Shown piece by piece: positions 6,125 through 14,983 of a DNA stretch of 60,734 nucleotides. How positions within the stretch are numbered: position 1 is the first letter of the stretch; each line of letters starts with the position of its first letter. Source of the stretch: an uncultured Planctomycetales bacterium (GTDB lineage: Bacteria > Omnitrophota > Gorgyraeia > Zapsychrales > JAHFFX01); contig CAYXGG010000004.1 of the NCBI GenBank assembly GCA_964464475.1, forward strand, positions 70,940 through 131,673, in the 5' to 3' direction. The notes under the pieces were generated by a model. That model did not search any database. It had not been told where the DNA came from and saw only the letters and a program-made list of their open reading frames with translations. The position numbers and the translations under genes were made by a program.

Positions 6125-9121
6125 TTACCTTTTTAAGAATCCATTCTTCCGCCTTTTTTGCCACCAATATAGCAACATGAAAAACAGTAACCAGAAAGAA
6201 GGCTCCGGGACATTATATTCTTCTTCAAACTCCAATCCGGCTGAGGTTTTTATTCGTTGACGCTCTTTTTCTTTAAGAATTTTCCATTGCGAAGACCGTT
6301 CCAAAACAATAAAAGAGGTCGAGGGAATTAATACCGTAGCACTTTTACTGTCCGCAACCAATTGAGCAAGCTGCCGATCAATAGCGACCGGATTTAATAA
6401 AGCCATTTCATTACTCTGCCGCAACAATATTCCCCGATTATAAATTGAATCTTTAGAAACCTTAACGACTTCACCCATGGGAATAAATTTTTGAATATTT
6501 GAATCAAAAACCTCCCAGAGCGCCTCACTTCCGTCCTCCACAAAAGCCACTTGCCCCGCTGCCCCAGAGGCATCCACCTTTGATAGCAGGCCATTCTTTC
6601 TTAACACGATCCACGAACGGGCCATGCTCTTGGTCGCACTATTTGGATTTCTGCGTAGTTGCCCATCTCTTCCCAACACATAATAATTCTCGGCCTCAGG
6701 GTAAAAACCTCGTGACCAAATAGCTTTTTCGGATCTTAGAACTTTATCTTCCGCAGATGTAATAAATACAAAAATTGGCTCCGATAATACGCTACTGACA
6801 TTTTCCTTGTCCCACGCCATCTTGGCTTCAAAGACCAGCTGGCGAATGACCCGATCCAAATCCACCCCTCCCCGAGAATAAATTTTTCTTTGTGCGGCCG
6901 ACCATTGCTCCGCCAGTCTTTCAACCGGAATCATCGTTTCACTTATTGAAACGGTGTCTAAATTCGCTAACGTGACTCGACAATAACGTACGTCGGGAAA
7001 ATTCTGAACAGCGGCCTGCATCAACGCCAAATATTTCTTCTCATCCCAGGCCTTTGTGCCTAATGAATGATCCAAAATAAAATGAATATACGGAACTCGA
7101 TTGACTTGAGGTAGACGTTGGATCATCGGCGAGGGTAAAACAAGTGCGCTGGATTTTCCATCTGACAAAGATATCGGCTTTAACTGTTGAGTCTCACCAG
7201 TGGCTTCATTTAAAACGATCTCTTGCTCTTGCAATCTAACTTTAGGAAATATCCCCTTAGGATAAAGAAAATCAATCTGCACCACCCGCTCTTCCCCCGC
7301 TGCGAAAGGGAAGACATTTAAACTTAATTCACCAGGGGCGACGTATTTCAGTAACCCGGGATCTCGTCTAGTCCGGTCACGAATCATGTGATAGACCCAT
7401 TCCGCGGCCCGCCGCTCGAAGATTTGCCCCGGAACTATTTCCTCTCCAATCTTCAAACTAAAACCTGTAATGATCACTTCCTCAGGGACTATCAATGAAC
7501 CTTCAAACTCCGAGTTGATGACCCCGCTATTATTTTTAAGCACTAAGTTGAGTTGACTGCGATGCCAGGGACCTTCGACGCTTTCCCTCACGGACGTGCT
7601 AAGCACTGACACTTTTCTTTGTTCTTCTGTGGGTGGAGAATTAACACCTCTTTCACTCCACCACCGCCCCCGCATATCTTTATTCAATCCCCAAAAATGA
7701 TTCTGTTTTAACGGAGGAAGGTCTTCTCCGATAAAGAATTTGAATAAGTAATCAATTTTCTTATCAGGCAAAACCATGTTCTCAAAAACGATATGATTAT
7801 AAATTCCCGAAAGATAAGGTAACTGTAAACCGTATTTGAATTCTTTAAGATTGATGAGCGTCGCGCGTAACGCTTGCGGATTGCCTTGAAAGGAACGGTC
7901 TTTGCCGGCGAAATCAGGTGCATAAGCATAACGCAGGGCCTCTTTCAAATTAACCTTGGCATAAAACGCTTCTGCCACAAAATAAGTCGGAAATACCAGG
8001 ATTCCGGCTAATCCCAAAACAACCGTCCAGCGCAAACCGACCTGTCTTTGGGTTGCAAGAGCGTCCTGCCACCATCGTTGCGCGTGGATCATAAAAAGAA
8101 ATACCGGCACCAGAAAAAGAATGCCCGCACCTAATGCGAACATGGCCGGCAAAGCCAACGGTAAAAATGGCAAAAAAACTAAAAAGAAATAAAAGCTAAA
8201 CGGGAAAAAGATGCTGCGCGCCAAAAAAATCCACATACTATTTGAGAAACTTTTGTCCGTAGAAACGATCAACAATAATCCGTTAATAAGTGCTAAAACA
8301 TAAACCCACGGTGATTGAAAATCTGCCGGGAACGGGATTTGGCGATTCAGCATTAACCCACCGATGGGGCCGGCAATGCCTATAATCGCGTACAATAACG
8401 TTTGCCCCCAGCGGGCCCGAGCTTGCAGCGAATGATAAATCAAAACCAGCAAGCGGATCAACGCCATACAACTTAACAGAGTCAAGAGAACAAAGAATCC
8501 CGTGGCCACCAACGCCGGCCAACGAAAATTCCAGCGAGATATGAGGAAAAGCACGTAATAGGCTGCCGGTGCTAGCACCGCGATGCTGATGGTTCTGAAA
8601 TATTCGTCTTTGCGCGACCACCCCCAAGAAAAACAAGCTAATCGAACACCGCAATAGAAAATAGCGGGCATCATAAAAGTGAATTGCTGTAACGTCCAAT
8701 CTCCGGAATCTAAAATCCAGGGCTCAATGCTGCTGGGCAAAATACGAAATTGATGCGTCGCCCAAAACCACAAGTAGCCCACGCACCCCAACAACATCGC
8801 CGCGCACCATTTCCAAAACTGGCTACCTTGACCCCGATGTGCCTTCCCCCACGCAACAAAAGCTAAACCTAACAAAAACACTTCCCAACTCAAACTCATA
8901 AGAATCAACTGCCGAGCAGAAAACGAAAATAAATCAAAATAATTAACGTTACCTAACAAGTCCTTCGTGGCCGTCTCATCCCAAATGATCCCGTAGGCCC
9001 GCCCATTAATGAGGAGTAGGACCAATTGCGGCAACAGGCAGGTCCACCACCAACACGCAGGATGGTTGAAGATCGTCGGTAATAATGAATTAGGACTTTT
9101 CAAAGAAGATTGTTGTTCCAT
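6125..9121 (-). CDS. polytopic membrane protein with VIT-like domain and C-terminal PEP-CTERM sorting signal (exosortase substrate)
   Basis: The N-terminal ~400 aa are very hydrophobic with many TM helices. The central region resembles a VIT domain (ITGFSLKIGEEIVPGQIFERRAAEWVY...DPGLLKY..PGELSLNVFPFAAGEERVVQIDFLYP). The C-terminus NVPEPSFWLLFFMLLYWWQKRRKNGFLKR reads as PEP, then a TM helix, then a basic cluster. The ORF track starts at TTG 9157. The first ATG is 9121, which overlaps the exosortase stop by 32 nt. Confidence 0.75.
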   Translation of the reverse strand: MEQQSSLKSPNSLLPTIFNHPACWWWTCLLPQLVLLLINGRAYGIIWDETATKDLLGNVNYFDLFSFSARQLILMSLSWEVFLLGLAFVAWGKAHRGQGSQFWKWCAAMLLGCVGYLWFWATHQFRILPSSIEPWILDSGDWTLQQFTFMMPAIFYCGVRLACFSWGWSRKDEYFRTISIAVLAPAAYYVLFLISRWNFRWPALVATGFFVLLTLLSCMALIRLLVLIYHSLQARARWGQTLLYAIIGIAGPIGGLMLNRQIPFPADFQSPWVYVLALINGLLLIVSTDKSFSNSMWIFLARSIFFPFSFYFFLVFLPFLPLALPAMFALGAGILFLVPVFLFMIHAQRWWQDALATQRQVGLRWTVVLGLAGILVFPTYFVAEAFYAKVNLKEALRYAYAPDFAGKDRSFQGNPQALRATLINLKEFKYGLQLPYLSGIYNHIVFENMVLPDKKIDYLFKFFIGEDLPPLKQNHFWGLNKDMRGRWWSERGVNSPPTEEQRKVSVLSTSVRESVEGPWHRSQLNLVLKNNSGVINSEFEGSLIVPEEVIITGFSLKIGEEIVPGQIFERRAAEWVYHMIRDRTRRDPGLLKYVAPGELSLNVFPFAAGEERVVQIDFLYPKGIFPKVRLQEQEIVLNEATGETQQLKPISLSDGKSSALVLPSPMIQRLPQVNRVPYIHFILDHSLGTKAWDEKKYLALMQAAVQNFPDVRYCRVTLANLDTVSISETMIPVERLAEQWSAAQRKIYSRGGVDLDRVIRQLVFEAKMAWDKENVSSVLSEPIFVFITSAEDKVLRSEKAIWSRGFYPEAENYYVLGRDGQLRRNPNSATKSMARSWIVLRKNGLLSKVDASGAAGQVAFVEDGSEALWEVFDSNIQKFIPMGEVVKVSKDSIYNRGILLRQSNEMALLNPVAIDRQLAQLVADSKSATVLIPSTSFIVLERSSQWKILKEKERQRIKTSAGLEFEEEYNVPEPSFWLLFFMLLYWWQKRRKNGFLKR

Positions 9122-9641
9122 GGGGACGAAACCTTTCCAAAATGATTGAATAGCCAATAAGCAAACTTAAAAAAACACTGATTCCCACGCCTTGATGCAG
9201 AGCGCCCATATACAGGCTTGGCAAAACCGGCTTAAGCCAACTCTCGACATAAAATAAAGAAATGATCCTTAAACTATTAGCTAAAATTGTCAGCAAGTAA
9301 CCCATGCCTAATCCTAACAACAGGCGTCGCGGCATAAACCAAGAAAGTCGATCATAATCATAAAAAAGCCAGACACCCACTGTCAGGGCGAAGAAGTTTA
9401 TCCCTATACAGGCCGGCACAATCTGAATCAACCCCGCCCCCAAAGGTAGGACATAATAATTTTCCGCATTCATTCGTGGATCCACGCCAAAGAAAAAACC
9501 AACCAGGTGCGCGGTTGGACAAGCAAAAAAAGAATAGAAGATAGGTTCGAATTTGGAAAGAAAATGGGCGAGTCCGGCGCTCACCGCCAAAGCCACGACC
9601 GCCGGGCTCGCCCTTCCCACCTTTAATAAAACGGCCTTCAT
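9090..9641 (-). CDS. minimal exosortase-family transpeptidase (183 aa)
   Basis: Hydrophobic multi-TM protein carrying the exosortase/archaeosortase Cys-Arg-His signature in order: IQIVPACIGINFF, LTILANSLRIISLF, GALHQGVGISVF. Its ATG overlaps the upstream stop (ATGA). Confidence 0.7.
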   Translation of the reverse strand: MKAVLLKVGRASPAVVALAVSAGLAHFLSKFEPIFYSFFACPTAHLVGFFFGVDPRMNAENYYVLPLGAGLIQIVPACIGINFFALTVGVWLFYDYDRLSWFMPRRLLLGLGMGYLLTILANSLRIISLFYVESWLKPVLPSLYMGALHQGVGISVFLSLLIGYSIILERFRPHGTTIFFEKS

Positions 9642-9871
9642 GCCGCAACCTCTCGAACTATCTCCTTCTGGCCTTGCAACAAGATGGCCATGCTAATGGA
9701 CCCAGCCGCGTACAGCACGGCTCCGGCGAGAAAAATGACCCCTGCGGCCAAAATGATCCACAGGTTAACCGACAACAAATAAGGAACACACAACAACATC
9801 CCAAAGCCACCCCCTGCGATCGCGACTACCGCGAGGGCCCGATTCAACATAGTGATAAATTCCTGAGTCAT
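9638..9871 (-). CDS. small two-TM membrane protein
   Basis: MTQEFITMLNRALAVVAIAGGGFGMLLCVPYLL...; GGGGGTG lies 5' of ATG 9871 (the ORF track starts at GTG 9880). The stop overlaps the exosortase ATG. Confidence 0.45.
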   Translation of the reverse strand: MTQEFITMLNRALAVVAIAGGGFGMLLCVPYLLSVNLWIILAAGVIFLAGAVLYAAGSISMAILLQGQKEIVREVAA

Positions 9872-9895
9872 GGTCTTCACCCCCCTTCTAAATTA

Positions 9896-11263
9896 TTAAC
9901 GCCAATAATCTTTATTCAGCCAACCCTGAAAAGAGTTCCATAACAAATAACCTGACATCATCAATAACACGGCGATTTGCCCAAGCATCACGCTTACCGT
10001 AAAAGCGCCACAGGAATAGATCATAAATAGTAGTAGCATTCCTAATAAGAAACCATGCCCCGTGATCCAGCCGACATTATCCACACAGGACAAACGCAAC
10101 AGCCAGGCCAAAGCGACCAACCCCACCACGCCCGTCAACAGCAACAAAATCCAGAACCTTACTTCGCCAAAAATTTCCGGTTCGACAAAAAATTGCGGCA
10201 ATAGCCCAAAGCAGATAACGAATAGTAACCAACATTCAAAATATCCTACCAATAATGATAAACCCATTTGTTGGCTCCATTGCCTTCGGGTGATTGGTTT
10301 AAGCAAATCATATCCCCACGCAGACAACCGACGTGGCTGACTCCAAAGCAATAACAAAACGGGCGTTGTCGATAACAACAAAAAATTAGCGAAAGGATTA
10401 CCCCAACGCAACCACTGACTTTGGTCTGAGTTAAAAAAATAACTATACGCGGGCCAAAGCAACAACATCACGACCCATAAGCCGGAATAATTAAAGAATC
10501 CAGCACGGTTCCAATGCTGAGCTTGTGCCAAAAGATTCCCTGCCCTTGGGAAAGGAGGCATCTCTAAAACAGTCTTTGATTTAAAGATTTTCCCCCAATG
10601 AATAAACCCTGCGGGGGCTCGCCATCGAGTCATTCGCTCGATAGGCCAAGACAACAGATAATCAAACTCCCACCGCTCTTCTTTAATCAGGAATAACCTC
10701 ATCACCAAAGACCCTAACAGGGCATAAAACGCCAGTTGAAACAATAAAGAGACTTCGGTGTTAACATCGAGCCAAGCTAAAAGAGGATGGAAAAATATCG
10801 CCAAAATCATTAACCCCGCGTAGGCGTATAACAGCAAAGAGGGAATAGATAAATATCCCAACCACATCAGAACTGCGCCAAAGAACAAACTACCCCAGAA
10901 AACCGCTGCTAAATTCTTGCAAACCAAAGTTAATGTTGATTGAGACAACCATCCCCAACAGAAAATCATCATGACCCCCAATGACAACAAAATCGCGATA
11001 GCGATTAAATGACGCGACCGATAATGCGGCAACAAGCTAGCCGCTGACCGTGTAAATTGAGATTTCAACAAAATTCCAAAATGAAAGCTTAACCACATCC
11101 CAGACATCAACAGTAAAGTAAAAAAATCATCGGCCAAGGCATCATAACGCTGACTCAAAGCCCATAAGGAGCTAAGCAAAGCGCCGAGGAAAATAGTAAC
11201 CGCAAGGCCAATGACCGGCTGTTTGGCATATAATCCCCAAATGGGTCTTAATGACTGAATCAT
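9896..11263 (-). CDS. polytopic membrane protein, putative permease partner of the adjacent ABC ATPase
   Basis: About 455 aa and almost entirely hydrophobic helices. ATG 11263 overlaps the ATPase TGA (cgATGAttcag), which suggests translational coupling. I recognise no motif. Confidence 0.5.
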   Translation of the reverse strand: MIQSLRPIWGLYAKQPVIGLAVTIFLGALLSSLWALSQRYDALADDFFTLLLMSGMWLSFHFGILLKSQFTRSAASLLPHYRSRHLIAIAILLSLGVMMIFCWGWLSQSTLTLVCKNLAAVFWGSLFFGAVLMWLGYLSIPSLLLYAYAGLMILAIFFHPLLAWLDVNTEVSLLFQLAFYALLGSLVMRLFLIKEERWEFDYLLSWPIERMTRWRAPAGFIHWGKIFKSKTVLEMPPFPRAGNLLAQAQHWNRAGFFNYSGLWVVMLLLWPAYSYFFNSDQSQWLRWGNPFANFLLLSTTPVLLLLWSQPRRLSAWGYDLLKPITRRQWSQQMGLSLLVGYFECWLLFVICFGLLPQFFVEPEIFGEVRFWILLLLTGVVGLVALAWLLRLSCVDNVGWITGHGFLLGMLLLFMIYSCGAFTVSVMLGQIAVLLMMSGYLLWNSFQGWLNKDYWR

Positions 11264-12138
11264 CGATGTAACTCCAAGAATATCTCTTCCAGATTTAAAT
11301 CTTCGACCGAGACCTGAGCCGACCATCGCGCTTGCAAGTCGGTAATCAACGCTTCATTAAAATTCCTAACAGTTAATAACGCTTGGGCCCCCTGTATCTC
11401 CGAATGCATGATTCCCGGAATGGGCAACAAAGCGGATAGATCACGGTCACTATGTCCGCGCAACCTCTTAACCGTGTCCTTTAAATCATCCGTCTCTCCA
11501 TAAAAAGACACGGTTCCCCTCTTAAGCAGCACCACCCGATCAGCGACCCTTTCCAAATCCGAAGTGATATGCGTTGAAAAAACAATTGTGCAAGCACGCG
11601 TATTGATAATGTTTAACAAAGTCTTTAAAAAATTCCTACGGGACAACGGATCCAAACTTGCCACCGGCTCATCTAAGATCAACAATTCTGGTTCATGTCC
11701 CAAGGCCAATAAAATCATGACCATTTGCAATTGACCTTCCGAAAGCTCACCCATCTTTTGATCCCTAGACAATTCCCACTCATTTAATAAACGGTCTACT
11801 AACGAATGGTTCCAACGCTGATAAAACGACGCGGTGTAATTCACTAGTTCGATGACCGAAAGCCAAGAATAAACACGTTCGGACTGTGGCACGTAACCGA
11901 TTCGCTCTTTAGCTGCCGCGGAGAAAACCCAAGGGTTCTCTCCTAATGTCATGACCGTTCCTGAACTGGCTTTCATCAGCCCCAACAAGCATTTCATCAG
12001 AGTCGTCTTACCAGCCCCATTTTTCCCCAACAACCCCACCACTGTTCCTCTGGGGATTTGAAAGGATATCTCATTAAGTATTGATCGGTTCCCATAACTC
12101 TTGCTGAGTTGCGTACATTCAATCATTGAATCATTCAT
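11260..12138 (-). CDS. ABC transporter ATP-binding protein (YtrB-like)
   Basis: Walker A GKNGAGKTT, signature LSEGQLQ, Walker B LLILDEP. It overlaps the GntR gene stop by 8 nt. Confidence 0.9.
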   Translation of the reverse strand: MNDSMIECTQLSKSYGNRSILNEISFQIPRGTVVGLLGKNGAGKTTLMKCLLGLMKASSGTVMTLGENPWVFSAAAKERIGYVPQSERVYSWLSVIELVNYTASFYQRWNHSLVDRLLNEWELSRDQKMGELSEGQLQMVMILLALGHEPELLILDEPVASLDPLSRRNFLKTLLNIINTRACTIVFSTHITSDLERVADRVVLLKRGTVSFYGETDDLKDTVKRLRGHSDRDLSALLPIPGIMHSEIQGAQALLTVRNFNEALITDLQARWSAQVSVEDLNLEEIFLELHR

Positions 12139-12529
12139 TATTGTCCCTCCAAAGTTGTTCCCATAATTGCTGTACTTTCTTTCTATCTAACTGCAGCTGA
12201 TGCGCTCGACGGATCACTTCCTCTATATAAGGGACGATCTCTTCCTGCCGCTGAACGGATGATTTCCTCAAAGGAGCTATCGGGGCCAGTCGCATGCCTT
12301 CCCCGCGCACAAACTCCAGAACACCCTCTTTTTCCAATAATGAATAGGCCTTAGATACCGTCATGGGATTAATTTCTAAGGCCTCGGCTACTTGTCGGAC
12401 CGAAGGTAAGAATTCCTCCGCAGGCAGTCGTTCTGTCGCCGCGAGAATTTTGACCTGGTCCATCAATTGTCGATAAATAGGCACCCCCGAAGAGGGGGAA
12501 ATTTGAAATAAATGTTTGATATTGGTCAT
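12131..12529 (-). CDS. GntR-family transcriptional regulator, short YtrA-like subfamily
   Basis: 132 aa with a winged-helix region (PIYRQLMDQVK......LPSVRQVAEALEINPMTVSKAYSLLEKEGVLE.VRG.G). It has only a short C-terminal region and is followed by an ABC ATPase, as in ytrA-type operons. Confidence 0.85.
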   Translation of the reverse strand: MTNIKHLFQISPSSGVPIYRQLMDQVKILAATERLPAEEFLPSVRQVAEALEINPMTVSKAYSLLEKEGVLEFVRGEGMRLAPIAPLRKSSVQRQEEIVPYIEEVIRRAHQLQLDRKKVQQLWEQLWRDNNE

Positions 12530-12549
12530 TCAAAATCCTTTCAGCACCT

Positions 12550-12589
12550 CAACTGTATTATTTATATAATACACTAATACAGTTGTCAA
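12550..12589 (-). promoter_or_regulatory. sigma70-like promoter overlapped by an 11-bp perfect inverted repeat (candidate YtrA operator)
   Basis: Minus strand: TTGACA (12589-12584), 17 nt, TATAAA (12566-12561). The inverted repeat is caactgtatta (12550-12560) and taatacagttg (12575-12585). Confidence 0.4.
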
Positions 12590-12601
12590 GAGGCAATTTA
12601 A

Positions 12602-12644
12602 TAAAAAAGGCCCTCAGGGCGGCCAACTGGCCGCCCCGAGGGCC
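12602..12644 (-). terminator. intrinsic terminator after the DUF2203-like gene
   Basis: GC-rich hairpin ggccctcagggcggcc-aact-ggccgccccgagggcc, followed on the minus strand by TTTTTT. Confidence 0.7.
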
Positions 12645-12658
12645 TGCAATACTTTTCC

Positions 12659-13030
12659 TTACGCCGATAACAAATTCTCCGGGATCAATTTCCTTCCTGA
12701 GAAACCTTCCTCCATTGAGTGATACCAGCGCAATTCAGATTCATCACTACGCCAACACAAAAATACGGCTTCACCATCAATCAACGCCGGGAAATCGACC
12801 AACCCAATCGTAAAATTCCAATCCTTATAATAACACCCAATATCTTCTAACTCCTGCAACAAAGCTTCAATCTCTTCCTGCAATGTTAATAATTCCGCAT
12901 CTTGATTTTGCCTGGAAGTACTGGCCAAACTGAGCCGCACCTGCTTTCCTTTCTCCAGAATCTCTCCCACAATTCTCTTAACCAAAGGTAATCGCTTATT
13001 GGCTTCCTGAGGTGTAAATATCTTTTTCAT
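12659..13030 (-). CDS. DUF2203-like protein
   Basis: MKKIFTPQEANKRLPLVKRIV...CYYKDWNFTIGLVDFPALIDGEAVFLCWRSDESELRWYH. The start is taken at ATG 13030 rather than the longer track ORF. Confidence 0.55.
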   Translation of the reverse strand: MKKIFTPQEANKRLPLVKRIVGEILEKGKQVRLSLASTSRQNQDAELLTLQEEIEALLQELEDIGCYYKDWNFTIGLVDFPALIDGEAVFLCWRSDESELRWYHSMEEGFSGRKLIPENLLSA

Positions 13031-13031
13031 G

Positions 13032-13271
13032 TCAGGTTTTTTCCTGATAAGAAGTTTGATCGGAAACCTCAGTCGGCGATGAAGAATCTCTAACCCAATA
13101 CTTGTCCGCACACACATAGCCTAAAGTTGTTGCCAAAACAAGCAGCGCGCCTAGAATTTTATTAGGACTGGGCACCGGAATATCAATCCACCGACACAAA
13201 GCACCAATAACAAAAGCCAACAATAATCCAACGATACTTTTCAACAAATCTCCCTCCACAGGATGAAACAA
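13032..13271 (-). CDS. XapX-domain (DUF1427-like) small membrane protein
   Basis: LLKSIVGLLLAFVIGALCRWIDIPVPSPNKILGALLVLATTLGYV. The start codon is uncertain (TTG in the track). Confidence 0.45.
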   Translation of the reverse strand: MFHPVEGDLLKSIVGLLLAFVIGALCRWIDIPVPSPNKILGALLVLATTLGYVCADKYWVRDSSSPTEVSDQTSYQEKT

Positions 13272-13272
13272 C

Positions 13273-13989
13273 TTATTTCAAATCAAAAAGCAAAAACTCC
13301 GCATTCTCTTTCGCCGCAAACTTCAATAAACCCGCCTGCTCACAACTTAACCCATCTCCCGACTTTGCCGTCCATCCTTCTCCCTCGACAATCCCTTTGA
13401 TCACTTGAATCCATAAACCACGTCCGATACCACAATCATAAGCAACGGATTGCCCCGGCTTCAACTTACCTAAAAATAGCTCCACGTCCTGCTCAACATG
13501 AATAATACCTTTTTGTTTCGACTTTGAGGCGACCAACGTCAACCCGGTAGAAGATAAAGAATTAATCGCAATTTGTTGATAACCCGGCTCAATACCTTTT
13601 TTGCTAGGAACAATCCATATCTGGAGCAAATGCACTTTGACATCGTCTGATGCGTTAAATTCGCTATGTACAATGCCCGTCCCAGCGCTCATTTTCTGAA
13701 GATCTCCAGGCTTGATCACTGATCCGGTTCCTAGGCTATCCTTATGCTGTAGCGCCCCGCTCACAACATACGTAATAATTTCCATGTCACGATGTGGGTG
13801 TGCGCCAAAACCCATCCCGGGATTAATCCAATCTTCATTAATAACGCGCAGCGTCCGAAAACTCATCTGCTCAGGATCAACATACTCCCCAAACGAAAAG
13901 CTGTGATAGCTATCCAGCCAGCCGACCTGCGTCCGGCCCCTGTCCTGCGACCGACGAATTTTGACGCCAATATTATTCTTTGCGGACAT
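13273..13989 (-). CDS. pirin-family cupin protein
   Basis: GFGAHPHRDMEIITYVVSGALQHKDSLG......AGTGIVHSEFN, 238 aa, with GGAGGTG 5' of the ATG. Confidence 0.9.
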   Translation of the reverse strand: MSAKNNIGVKIRRSQDRGRTQVGWLDSYHSFSFGEYVDPEQMSFRTLRVINEDWINPGMGFGAHPHRDMEIITYVVSGALQHKDSLGTGSVIKPGDLQKMSAGTGIVHSEFNASDDVKVHLLQIWIVPSKKGIEPGYQQIAINSLSSTGLTLVASKSKQKGIIHVEQDVELFLGKLKPGQSVAYDCGIGRGLWIQVIKGIVEGEGWTAKSGDGLSCEQAGLLKFAAKENAEFLLFDLK

Positions 13990-14025
13990 CAGTCACCTCC
14001 TCGACCAGAAAATCCTTCAAATATG

Positions 14026-14838
14026 TTATTGAGCCACCGTGGGCTGGGCATCGTTAATCGTAAGGTCATAATCCCCGTAGTTAATTTTCCAGGAGGATGG
14101 ATCACTGGCTAACGCCTCACCGGTCTCTTGCGGAAGAAACTGCGCGATAAAACGCAACACGGCCGCTTCATTGCTGCCAAAATATTTAGCGTTCCACTTC
14201 ATAATAGAAGAAATGGTCGCCGTTTTAAGACTGACATCAAATCGGTTATTGGTGACATCCGAAAAGAAAACCCGAGCTTGGTCTTCCAGTTGTTGAGAAA
14301 TTTTTTCCGCCCGATAAGCCTCTGAGCGCAAGGGCGGGCAGGAAACCGCCCCGCAAGCCAAACCAAATTGTAACCTTGGTTCATTGAATTCCTTGCGCAA
14401 AATCTGATGGTCAATAGTCTTCAAATTTAGCTTCTTATTAGCCAACACCACAACCGGTCGGTCCCAAATGGTTTTTCCAAAAATTGCCGCCGTCATCATG
14501 CCGCCAAACTGTAAATCATTAATGCTTTTGGCCGGATACCCCTCGCAAATCACCTTTACGTTAAAAGCATTATAGATGTTTAACCACGCGCTCATTTTTT
14601 CTTCATCTGTCACCAGCTTATCCGGGTCCCACTCCTGAGCCTGCGTCCAAAAATCCTTAACGCGTTGATCAACGCATAAATTGACATAATCAACCCGACC
14701 GTCTTTAACATGAGCTTTCAGGGTCTCATCCCACAAACCGATCCATCGATCTAAACCCTCGGCGGCTTGACCAACTGGAACGTCAAAACCCCACCCTAGC
14801 GCGACCACGAGCAGCATGAAAACTATTCCCAACTTCAT
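14026..14838 (-). CDS. DUF547-domain protein, secreted
   Basis: WLNIYNAFNVKVI...LNEPRLQFGLACGAVSCPPLR is the DUF547 pattern. The signal peptide starts at ATG 14838, with GGAG 8 nt upstream. Confidence 0.65.
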   Translation of the reverse strand: MKLGIVFMLLVVALGWGFDVPVGQAAEGLDRWIGLWDETLKAHVKDGRVDYVNLCVDQRVKDFWTQAQEWDPDKLVTDEEKMSAWLNIYNAFNVKVICEGYPAKSINDLQFGGMMTAAIFGKTIWDRPVVVLANKKLNLKTIDHQILRKEFNEPRLQFGLACGAVSCPPLRSEAYRAEKISQQLEDQARVFFSDVTNNRFDVSLKTATISSIMKWNAKYFGSNEAAVLRFIAQFLPQETGEALASDPSSWKINYGDYDLTINDAQPTVAQ

Positions 14839-14983
14839 AAACAATCTCCAATAATTTTTGTTCATGTTTTCTAGAAACAAATGATGAAATGAATGCTTAT
14901 TCGGTTAGCGCCCCAAAGATTTAGGGACCGAAAAGATAGGGCAACCAGCCCTGGCCAGAAATTATTCCTTAAGCTCTTCTGAC

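Noticed and set aside
8283-8699. 138-aa alternative-frame ORF within the VIT/PEP-CTERM gene
   Set aside because: It is a same-strand, out-of-frame overlap with a 3-kb ORF whose frame carries the recognisable TM, VIT and PEP-CTERM features.
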